DNA from: Octopus sinensis
Lineage: Eukaryota
Length of the DNA stretch: 64,000 nt
NCBI RefSeq assembly: GCF_006345805.1
Contig: NC_042998.1
Location: 152,520,001 to 152,584,000, forward strand
Direction of reading: 5' to 3'
The notes under the pieces: generated by a model
Told to the model about the DNA's origin: nothing
The model's input: only the letters and a program-made list of their open reading frames with translations
The model's database searches: none
Program-made: the position numbers and the translations under genes
Part shown: positions 1 to 9,974 of the stretch, in pieces
Layout of the letters: every line of letters starts with the position of its first letter
How positions within the stretch are numbered: position 1 is the first letter of the stretch

Positions 1-178
1 GTCTAAAAGAATGCACTAATATACTAATAAGAAACTTGATGGAAATGTTGACCTTCTGTGTAGAAACTACCTACTTCAGTATGGACACTGATATATATCG
101 ACAAGAGGAGGGTTTAGCTATGGGTTCACCATTATCACCAGTAATAGCCAATATATACATGGAATACTTTGAGAATTT
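1..178 (+). mobile_element. Penelope-like element (PLE) reverse transcriptase fragment, Poseidon-like; runs in from the left edge
   Basis: ORF 36..242 reads LTFCVETTYFSMDTDIYRQEEGLAMGSPLSPVIANIYMEYFE, the PLE RT Q-x-x-G-x-x-MGSPLSP motif. Similarity stops at ~178, where an unrelated segment begins. Confidence 0.85.
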
Positions 179-377
179 GGGTGGGGGGAAAGAAGAGCAA
201 TGTGGAATTGAAAAGAAGTTTTTGCTTCTCTTTCACAGTTGAGTGGTTATGGGGATTGGTCTTTAGAGGTCAAAATGGTGTGAGTGTGTGTGTCTCCCTC
301 TCCACACCAAATTCATTTTTTACTTTTTTCAATTTTTTTTTTTTTAGTAATCTATGGAGAAAAAACAGAGAGTATAA

Positions 378-441
378 ATTGATTGATTGATTGATTTTAG
401 TTTCAGCTCATTGAGCTGTGGCGATGCTGGGGCACCGCCAT
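378..441 (-). mobile_element. Isolated 3' tail of CR1-group LINE or its partner SINE
   Basis: Reverse complement reads ggcggtgccccagcatcgccacagctcaatgagctgaaactaaaatc(aatc)n, the same terminus as the LINEs ending at 37990 and 50405. Confidence 0.8.
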
Positions 442-1083
442 TTAAAAATATATAAAATCTTTAGGAATTTTACCCATCACCTCACCACTTTGAAAAAGCT
501 ACACACTTCCAATGTTTCACTTTTAGCTTTTTGGAAAGTGGCAAAGTTTCTTCAGAAATAATGTCATTTACCTGTTGTTTCTAGCATGTCAGGTTTTCTG
601 GTGGTAGTCTAGCATTTCAGTAAAATGTTGCGCATGCAGGAAACATCAGACAAAAGTGAAAATGAGTAGATGATGGGTAGGTGAGGTGAGGGAAGGGACA
701 TTGAGTGTTTCTTTAAGAAAAATTAAACTATATATACTTCCCAGATTCGTAATCTCTGTATTTTTCTACGTAGATAACAAAAAGAAAATTCAAAAAAGTT
801 ACAAATTAAGAAACTGCGGTGAGGATAAGGGGAAATTAAAATTTTGAAAACGTGATTTCTGGACAAAATCGTGTTAACCCCCTTTTATATGATAAAATAA
901 TATATAGTTTGTGATCCTTCTTAAGAACAAAAAGCACTTTCATGCAAACCCATGCAAATTGTACCCACCCCTTCACTTTTAAACAAACAATTACTTCCAT
1001 TATGCCATTAGCTATATGTCAGCTGTACCGATTCTGCCTATAAGGAAGGAGCAAATAATACAATGTGCCTGTAGGTCATAGCA

Positions 1084-1111
1084 CCTGGGCAACACCAGGA
1101 TGCATTGCTAG
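1084..1111 (+). mobile_element. Helitron-type 3' terminus; the element body probably extends upstream into 450-1083
   Basis: Hairpin CCTGG-gcaaca-CCAGG (1084-1099), then CTAG (1108-1111) followed by T. Same layout as the end at 31506-31533. Confidence 0.6.
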
Positions 1112-1163
1112 TGTGTGTGTGTATATATATATATCACGTTTTTATACATATATTCTTTTATAT

Positions 1164-2960
1164 GTTTCAGCCTTGAGGCTGCGGCCATGCTGGGGTACCA
1201 CCAGTATAATCACCTTTTAATCAACCAATTCTATGGGATTGGTTTTGGTAAATGAGGGAGTTCGATACTATTACCCTCTTTTGAGGTTCCTGCCTTGATA
1301 TTGGTTCATCTGAGATCCTGGACAGCAAGACGTCAGATGTTTTGGCAATGAGTTAAATAACTGTGGGCCCTTGAATCCCGAGGTATTGCAGTACATGGTC
1401 CTCACCTTAGATGAGACAACTGGGACTTTTGGAATAGTGCAGTGACATCCATTTCGAGGTCTGGTATAACTTTCGATTCCAAAGTTTGGTGCCAGCCCCT
1501 CCAGTATCTTTCACACATGCATACCTCTCCTGTCTTCACTCCAGGGAGTAGGGTTATAGCTCTTTCAGTCTCTCCCAGTTCAGCTGTTCCATTGATAAAA
1601 ACTTCCTTGTGTAGTATCGCTGAACCGCCTCAAGCTCTGCTATTAATCCTACAGTGTAAGGTGACTACAGTTGAGAGGAGTAGTCTAGACTGCTGGGGAC
1701 AAATGTCCTCCATATGATCAGCTTAGTTTCCTGGTCCCTTGTTCTGAAGGTTCTCAGAATTCATCCGGACATTTGCCTGCATACTGCCACCATCTTGGTG
1801 ATATGCATGTGAAATGAGGCATCTTTGCTCATATGAATCTCAAGATCACGCACTATATTTGTTTCTGGAATTGCTGCTCCTTTCGATCCAAAGTATCGTT
1901 GTTGTGACTTCTGAGCACCAGTTAGCGAGTAGCAGAGGGCTTGGAATTTGCCTGCATTAAACTGCATGTTGTTGTCCTCAGCCTATTTATATATGGCATC
2001 TAGGTCTTTCTGTAGAAGATTAGCATCAGAAGGTTCTTTGACTGCTTATACTATTTTTGTGTCATTGGCATAGCTAGTAAGTGTAGCTGTCTGTGTAACT
2101 GATGGCATGTCTAGAAGAGTCACCGTGAACAGTAGTGGTGCCATTACAGTTCCCTGAGGCACTTCACTTCTATTAATGTCTCCGTGGAGAGGGCTCTGTT
2201 GGCTGCTACAGCCAGGCTTCTGTTTTTTAAGAGGTCATGCAACCACTCTCCAATTTTCCCAGTTATGCTGAGTTTCCATAGTCTGTAACATATCATCCCA
2301 TGATCAACCTTATCAAAGGCCTTTGCAAAGTCGAGATATATCACATCTACATTTGAGCGATTCATTAATTGTTTCAACACCCATAGTGCTGCAAAAGCTG
2401 TGTAAAGCGAAAGCCATGCTGGGTGTCAAGAAGCAAGTCATTATCTTCAAGAAACACAATTAGTTTCTTCTTGACAATGTGCTCCATGGCTTTGCTGGCA
2501 TAGGAGGTTAGAGAGACAGATCTATAATTCTTAGCATCTGCTCTGCTACCTCCCTTATGGACAGGGCATATAATGCTTTCCTTTAACATTTTTGGAAGTC
2601 TCCCTGTTCTGAGGAAGCTCTGAAAGAGAATCTGAAGTGGTCTAGATAGAGACCCTTTGCATTTCTTTAGGAGAATTGCTTGGAATCCATCAGGGCCTGT
2701 TGCTGAGTTTGAGCTCATTTCATCAATGGCTGATATCATATCAGTTTCCTCTGTGTTGGTGCTGTCAATAATTGCCATTTTGTTGTGTAGATCTGTGGAG
2801 CCAAAGAACTCATCAGGGAAAGCTATTTGCAAGTATCTCAGTGAAGTTGTGAAAGCACTCTTGTATTGGGCATTCAGTATTTCACTGACTCTCTGGGGGG
2901 AGGTTTGCAGTCAGTGAATCATTTTCTTCAAGTAGTGGCCCTATTTTGTACTGTACTGAA
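1164..2960 (-). mobile_element. CR1-group non-LTR retrotransposon, decayed RT half
   Basis: Minus ORFs 2374..2832 (ATGPDGF...KNYRSVSLTS...QHGFR), 2144..2380 ([13 protein letters not shown]) and 1761..1967. The family 3' end gtttcagcc...ggccatgctgggg lies at 1164-1200. Several frameshifts. Confidence 0.92.
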
Positions 2961-2994
2961 ACATATTCTCAAATATATATATATATCATTTATA

Positions 2995-3520
2995 TTCCAT
3001 CAGTCCTCATCCACCTTTCAACGTAGACTTAGATCCAATATACACCTCCTTAAGAATACAAATAGAACCCTACTATTTTCAAATAAGACAAATAAATTTT
3101 ATAAGATAGATAATGACCACTACAACAGGATCTTAGAGAACAACATCACACAAAAATATAGATGGGCCACACATATACCTATAATAACATCAATAATGAG
3201 GCAAAACTAATAGCCACGACCGAGACATTGCCAACAGTAGAAATACTAGCTAAATGTAATGCTTTTATAGCTATCAAGGATCACAAACCAAACTTCGCCT
3301 CCAACCCCAAATGCCACCTGATCAACCCTGCTAAGTCAGAAATCAGACTGGTGAGTAAACACATCCTAAGAAGGGTTAATAAAGACATAACGAAGGCATC
3401 TAATCTCTCTTTATGGCATAACACAATCGAGGTGTTCCATTGTTTTGAGACCAAACGAAGCACTTTCAGAGCTAAGTTCATACAATTCGATATAGTGGAC
3501 TTTTATTCCATCGATATCGA
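2995..3520 (+). mobile_element. PLE reverse transcriptase N-terminal fragment, probably Naiad-type
   Basis: Two frames give FQRRLRSNIHLLKNTNRTLLFSNKTNKFYKI and NAFIAIKDHKPNFASNPKCHLINPAKSEIRLVSK...LW.NT.EV..F...KFIQFDIVDFYS. The KDHK.NF..P.C.LINP.K and FDI..FY motifs match a PLE RT subgroup as I recall it. The clade name is my inference. Confidence 0.7.
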
Positions 3521-3989
3521 AAATGTTCTCACTAGGTCGAGACTATTTCGATGCGCCTTCGTTTGATATAACTAGTACTTATTTTATTATATCAAGTTGA
3601 ACTACCGGCAAGCAGTCAGCATTGGCAGGATTTGAATTCGGAGATACAGAAGTAAATTTCTAGAAATAGTGACATGTTGAAAAGCTAATTACTTTCTAAA
3701 ATACATTTATAGCCAACGTGAAATATGCCTCCCTTAAACCCTGTTGTGTCTAAAACAATAAACAAATTATTTCGTGTTTGCTTTTATATTAAAGTCAAGA
3801 TGAAAGAAACAACTCGTTTACTACAACTAAAAAATAATTCCAGAGGGGAGAAAGATTAGAATTTACTGGGGAGGAAAAAATGATAACACAAATTAAATTT
3901 TACACGTCTGATTTCGTAAGTTTATAATAAAATATTCCTCAGCTACGAATCGTTGAAGAAAGTTCTCAGCTTTATACTCCAGCACAGAT

Positions 3990-4216
3990 AAACTAGTGAC
4001 GTCACTAGATTGTGCGCTAATTCCAGCCGGCGACTCAGTTTTGTTTTTTGTAGTGTTTGCAGTTATTATTTTATTACTGTCTTATTTATTTATTTATTTA
4101 TTATTTGAGGCGAAGATCATTTTTCAACCAATCAGAAATCAATGTTTCTTATGACCGGCACGGCCTAACATGGCTGCCTCCACTGGATAACGATCACCAA
4201 CCCCAGAATCTCAGGT
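3990..4216 (+). promoter_or_regulatory. Probable Pol II promoter and 5' non-coding exon
   Basis: 16-bp perfect palindrome CTAGTGACGTCACTAG (3993-4008) containing a full CRE TGACGTCA. AACCAATCAG NF-Y box (CCAAT 4128-4132). AACATGGCTGCC YY1-like motif (4167-4178). CAG|GTGAAA donor candidate at 4214/4215. CpGs are dense here compared with the rest of the window. Confidence 0.6.
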
Positions 4217-4851
4217 GAAAACCGACAGAATTTCTTTAAAACTTTTATTCTTACAAATAATTACCGTCGTTGTTGTGGTGCATGAAACTGTCGAGACTCG
4301 TTATTGTTTTTGTTTGTTTCTTTGTTTAACGTTTTCATTTGCACGTAGGATGCTGTACACTTTCTACATCAACCGTGTGTACGTGTATATACACATGTGT
4401 GTATATATATATATATACACACACATGTATACACGTACATATACTATATATATGTTTGTATGTACATATATTTATATATGTATATTTTGGTATTCGTTGT
4501 TGGTTTGCTATATATGGGAATATATGTGTTTGTACGTTGTCATCTTGTGTATGTATAAAGTATATCTGGCTTTACAAGAGGAATTCATTCGCTGAAAATG
4601 CTGTACTAGTTACTTGGGGCCTTACAGTTTTTGACTAATTTTCTGCAGAATTATCGGTTTTACAGTTTCAAATCTTACCAATCCTGGTCCACTGAACGAG
4701 GGCCGAATGCATTACGGCATTTAAAAATTGCATTTAAAAAATCCTGTTGGTTTTTAAAAAATGATTTCAAACTCTGATGTGGTGACACATTGTACTTTGA
4801 TACAGCGGAATACATACACAGACGACAGGACTGTACTTTTACGTTCTTCCT

Positions 4852-4885
<34 letters not shown>

Positions 4886-5399
4886 GGATCATTTGTAAAA
4901 ATACATAAATTCGGAGAAGCACACTCTAAGATGTAAAGCAGTTAATATTATAGTGAGGTAGGCCGGTTTATGGGGTTAGCCTGGGGTTTTCGCTCATATC
5001 TTCAGACCCCAAACACTGCTGGCCTATATATATGTGTGTTCAGATTTCGAATCGCTTGCAAACTTTGCGACGTACCTCCAAACTATCCGTGGCCCATTGC
5101 TTGAAGGCACCTGCTAGGGCCTGAAGTTACTTCTACAGTGCTTTCAGTAAGTGATAATATATGTGTCTGTTATGTTATATATCTTTGTATGGCTATTAAG
5201 AATGTGATACATGTGAATGCAGTATATGTGTGTATACGTGTTTATTTGGGAATAGTATACGTTTATATATATATATATAAACGTATACTATTCCCAAATA
5301 AACATATATATATATATATATATACATATGTGTGTGTGTGTGTGTACACATTTCAGAGACTATTTTTAATCAAGTGTCCGTGCCATTATTAGTCAGGAT

Positions 5400-5600
5400 T
5401 AGGGAACCTGTATGTGTTGGCTTAAGCTGTTAGAAATAACAACCAAATCTCCCTCGAACGACAGTCCACTTTCTTTAAAATTAATAAAAGGCTGCATTAG
5501 ATAATGTGGTCTGAGAAACCTTTAAGAATAGGGGATGGTCCTGGAATGCTTTTCACCCAAGATCTGCTCAATTAGAATTAACCTGGAGCTAAACAGCAAC
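5400..5600 (+). repeat. Dispersed repeat, 3' part of an unclassified SINE/LINE; related copies at ~6430-6560 and ~53730-53900
   Basis: Shared blocks aaata(g/a)caacc..., ggat(g/a)gtc(c/a)tgg.tggaa and ...(g)gctaaacaac/cagc between the copies. Confidence 0.5.
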
Positions 5601-6599
5601 TTTATGTATACATCCAATACACACACACATACAATGTGTACATATGTGTGTTTTTGTTATTTTAGGCTGCCCCACCAGTTGGGTGTGTCTACCATACACC
5701 ACTATTCATCTTGATTTTTTTGTTGTTTCATCTCTGTCCTCCTGTATCCAGAGATCAGACAAAAAACCCCTTTCCATGTTTTTCTCTCACAAACCACTGT
5801 ACTTTTTCATCCAGTGTTCATTGTCCATTCTCATCATGTGTCCATACAAGAGCTTTCTTAATGTACATTAGCTGCTACTCTTAATACCAGACCACTTGTG
5901 TTCTAGCCTTCATGCAGATTACTGTTATGCTTTTAATGGACCATGCTCACTGCATATTCAATGCCCATAACTCTCAAACCTGCAACATTTTATGTATGCT
6001 TCATACGGTTTATCTTTTGCGCACGCACACACACACAAATGCTTTAAATTTCTCTCAGATCTTTCTAACTCTAAAAGAGCAACTGTATTTTAATTATACC
6101 CACATCTAACACTAAATTCCCAACTCAACAGATACTATCAATTCTGTCTAATAAACTAATTATTGTCATTGTTATTTCTGACTACAACAATACCTACCTT
6201 TTTTGTGTAATGAAGAAATTTAAAACAAATTTAATCTTTGCTGGTTGCTGGATTTGAACTTTGTATTTGAAACTAAATAGTTAGCTATGCACTGTTAAAA
6301 GCCTCCAGTTTATTGTTTTAGCTATCTCCTCTCTGAGTTTGTCACTGATGAATGTACTTCATACTGAGTATACATAAACAAAACTTACACTTCATTGCTC
6401 TACAGCTCAAATAAATGAGACACTGAGAAAGCCATTATGGAGTTGTTCTATCTGATACAAATAGCAACTAATAATGTATTTGCTGATACCATAAAAAGAC
6501 AGGATAGTCATGGTTGGAACATTTTTGATCAGAGGGTTGATGTGGGACTAAACAACCACTGCAACTCAAAGTATTAAATCTTGTGACTGTCATAATTGT

Positions 6600-7206
6600 T
6601 AGCTAAATGCATTCCTCATTTTATTCATTACTTAATTCCTAATTTCAATGTATATTCTGCCTAGTAACCATTACTGACACTGGTTGACTTTGGTCCATGC
6701 AATTAGGGCAGTGCTCTTTTCGTAAACTGCTAGATTTTTCAAAATATCTTAGATGGTATCCAACTTCTTATCATATAGATGGAGAAGGGTGTTCCAAGTT
6801 TGCCTTCCTGTTACCAACTGCATGGTTTGGATACAATTTATTCTAACACTCACTTTATATGGATTGTTTAAACATTGAAGTACCCTTGCTGAACTATTTT
6901 AGTTTTTAATTTAAAGTTTCTGCTGATCACCTACCTTAGACTAACGTTCCCTTCCCCAAGAGAACTTTTTTTGCACATCTACTTCTCAGTGAGGGTTGCC
7001 TGGCAAACTTGGAACACCCTTCTCCATCTATATGATAAGAAGTTGGATACCATCTAAGATATTTTGAAAAATCTAGCAGTTTACGAAAAGAGCACTGCCC
7101 TAATTGCATGGACCAAAGTCAACCAGTGTCAGTAATGGTTACTAGGCAGAATATACATTGAAATTAGGAATTAAGTAATGAATAAAATGAGGAATGCATT
7201 TAGCTA
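6600..7206. repeat. Perfect 205-bp inverted repeat with a 197-bp spacer
   Basis: 6600-6804 is the exact reverse complement of 7002-7206. I compared the arms block by block and found no mismatch. Confidence 0.97.
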
Positions 7207-7867
7207 CCAAGTAACTGGTTTATACTGTTGAACAAATAGTGCATAAGCGTAATTGATAATATAGGAGGGAAATTAGGTTTACACATGTGTAGCAGACATG
7301 TGTTTGCCACCACTTCTCAGGCAGGAGAGCTAAACTGCTTCTAGTTAATAATTGTAGATAGATAGCTTCTTATTGTTTTTATGAAATACATTGACAAGAA
7401 ATATTGGATGAATAAAGAATATGTAAAATACAGGGGAACAAGGCAACATCTGTAGTGTTGATGACACAATAAACTTCATTGTTTGTAAAATAACTGAGAA
7501 ACAAATGGTGTTGAGAGGAATGTTTAGTGTTGTTGAGAACATGACAATCTAACACTGGTGCTGTGATAAAGTACAACTGGTAAAGTGGTTGGTGTTAAGG
7601 AAGGGCATCCAGCCATAGAAACTATATCAAAAAGTGTACAAGTGTGACATCCCCAACTTGTCTGGGAGGACAATAATTTGAAATAAAGACTGATTCAAAT
7701 CATGACCACCTATCCATCTTCTGTACTGGCTTAGGTTGGGCAGTTTAACAGGAACATGCTGGTCCAAGATTTATATTGTGCTTTAAGGTCTGCTTTGGCT
7801 GGATGCCCTTCTTAATACAAACTACTTGACTTTTGTCATAGCACTAGTGTGTGTGTGTATATGTGAA

Positions 7868-8125
7868 AGCACATGTCCTAGTGGTTAGGGTGTTGCACTC
7901 ATGATCATGAGATCATGGTTTCAATTTGTAGACCAGGTGATGTGTTATGTTCTTGAACAAAATACTTCATTGCTCTATGATCACTTTGATACCCGACACA
8001 TGGTACACTGTGCACCTGTTCAAGCAATGTTGATTTGATGGAAAGAGTGAGCTAATGTACAGTACATACATTTGATCGCCATAAATCCTTTGTGCAGGTC
8101 ATTTGGCAGAAGCTGAACACTCGTA
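7868..8125 (+). mobile_element. Decayed tRNA-derived SINE (second family)
   Basis: A-box-like cctagtggttagg and B-box-like ggtttcaatt, then tgtgttatgttcttgaacaaaatacttc, resembling a SINE central domain. Confidence 0.6.
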
Positions 8126-8159
8126 CATTATCTTCAGGAGAGTCATTCAAAATACATAT

Positions 8160-8345
8160 AATCTATCATCATCATTTAATGCTCTCCATCCATGCTGGCA
8201 TGAGTTGGATGATTTGACAGCAGCTGACATGCCAGAGGACTGGACCAACTCTGTTGTCTGCTTTGGCATGGTTTCTATGGTTGGATTCCCTTCCTAGTGC
8301 CTTCTATATGGCACCAGCACCAACAAAGTTACCAAGTAACTTACA
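8160..8345 (-). mobile_element. RTE 3'-tail fragment
   Basis: (cat)n, then catgctggcatgagttggat...catggtttctatggttggattcccttcc, the reverse complement of the RTE terminus seen at 9830-9973. Confidence 0.75.
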
Positions 8346-8351
8346 AAACAA

Positions 8352-9973
8352 ATATCCTCAACAGTAAGGTGAGGGTTGGCAACGAGTACAGTGAAGAATT
8401 CCGGGTAGGGGTCCACCAAGGCTCAGTCCTCAGCCCCCTCCTATTTATCATAGTCCTCCAGGCAATAACGGAGGAATTCAAGACAGGATGCCCTTGGGAG
8501 CTCCTCTATGCTGATGACATTGCTCTAATAGCTGAGTCACTATCAGAACTGGAGGAGAAGTTTCAGGTGTGGAAGCAAGGATTAGAATCGAAGGGCCCTA
8601 GAGTCAATCTAGCTAAAACCAAAGTCCTAATAAGTAGGAAGGTAGACAAATCACAAACGCCTTCAGATAGATGGCCCTGCTCGATCTGGAGAAAAGGTGT
8701 AGGTAGAAACTCTATAAGATGCACCAAGTGTAAGCTATGGACACATAAGAGGTGCAGCAATGTCAAAGGAAGGCTAACTGGGAAGATAGTTTTTGTATGT
8801 GGCAGATGCTCAGGAACAATAAACACTGGAAATGCTCTGAGACCAACTTCTGTCATTTTCCAGGGAGAAAAACTAGAAATAGTTGATAGCTTCTGTTACC
8901 TAGGTGACCAAGTCAGTAGCGGGGGTGGGTGTGCTGAAAGTGTAACTGCTAGAGTAAGAATAGCTTGGGCAAAGTTCAGAGAGCTCTTACCTCTGCTGGT
9001 GACAAAAGGCCTCTCGCTCAGAGCAAAAGGCAGACTGTATGACGCGTGTGTACGAACAGCCATGCTACATGGCAGTGAAACATGGGCCATGACTGCTGAA
9101 GATATGCGTAAGCTCACAAGGAATGAAGCCAGTATGCTCCGATGGATGTGTAATGTCAGTGTCCATACTCGACAGAGTGTAAGTACCTTGAGAGAAAAGC
9201 TGGACCTAAGAAGCATCAGATGTGGTGTGCAAGAAAGACGTTTGCGCTGGTATGGTCATGTGGTAATGGATGAAGATAGTTGTGTGAAAAAGTGCCACAC
9301 TCTAGCGGTTGAGGGAACCTGTGGAAGAGGCAGACCCAGGAAAACCTGGGACGAGGTGGTGAAGCACGACCTTCGAACTTTAGGTCTCATTGAGGAAATG
9401 ACTAGAGACCGAGACCTCTGGAAGTATGCTGTGCGTGAGAAGACCCGGCAGGACAAGTGAGACCATAACCCGTGGCCTTCTACACGGGATGTAGCCAGTC
9501 CACTTATGCATACCTTCCCTTCTTGGGACACAAATCTCTACTTGTGAAGACCTGTTGAGGCAAGTGAGAATCAGAATCGAAATCGATCAATGGAAATTTC
9601 AGCTGAGATACCAGTGCCGGTGGCACGTGAGAGAACCATCCGTTCGTGGCCATTGCCAGCACCACCCTGACTGGCCTCGTGCCGGTGGCACATAAAAAGC
9701 ACCATCCGTTCGTGGCCGTTGCCCGCCCTGCCTGGCTCCCGTGCTGGTGGCACATAAAAAGCACCATCCGATCGTGGCCGTTTGAGAGACTCATCTGGCA
9801 CATAAAAAGCACCCACTACACTCATGGAGTGGTTGGCGTTAGGAAGGGCATCCAGCTGTAGAAACATTGCCAGATTCAGACTGGGCCTGGTGCAGCCTTC
9901 TGGCTTCCCAGACCCCAGTTGAACCGTCCAACCCATGCTAGCATGGAAAGCGGACGCTAAACGATGATGATGA
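8352..9973 (+). mobile_element. Young 5'-truncated RTE-clade LINE (Expander/Rex3-like): RT C-half, Cys-finger insert, arrayed 3' UTR and (GAT)n tail
   Basis: Open frame to 9460 with VGVHQGSVLSPLLF, LLYADDIAL, FCYLGD and RRLRWYGHV...GRGRPRKTW. Cys-rich insert at 8678-8809. 3' UTR repeats at 9614-9815. Tail acgatgatgatga. Confidence 0.95.
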
Positions 9974-9974
9974 G

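Noticed and set aside
1442-1717. Plus-strand ORFs overlapping LINEs (also 8563-9216, 24823-25830, 40421-41327 and similar)
   Set aside because: Antisense shadow frames of RT coding sequence with no independent motifs.
3916-3921. Consensus GTAAGT donor upstream of the promoter motifs
   Set aside because: The hexamer is expected by chance in AT-rich DNA, and no upstream exon or acceptor is evident.
6341-6380. Hammerhead-like CTGATGA-hairpin-AAAC
   Set aside because: The G of GAAA is missing and I could not build stems I and III. Similar partial cores at ~30809, ~36925 and ~35615 fail the same way.
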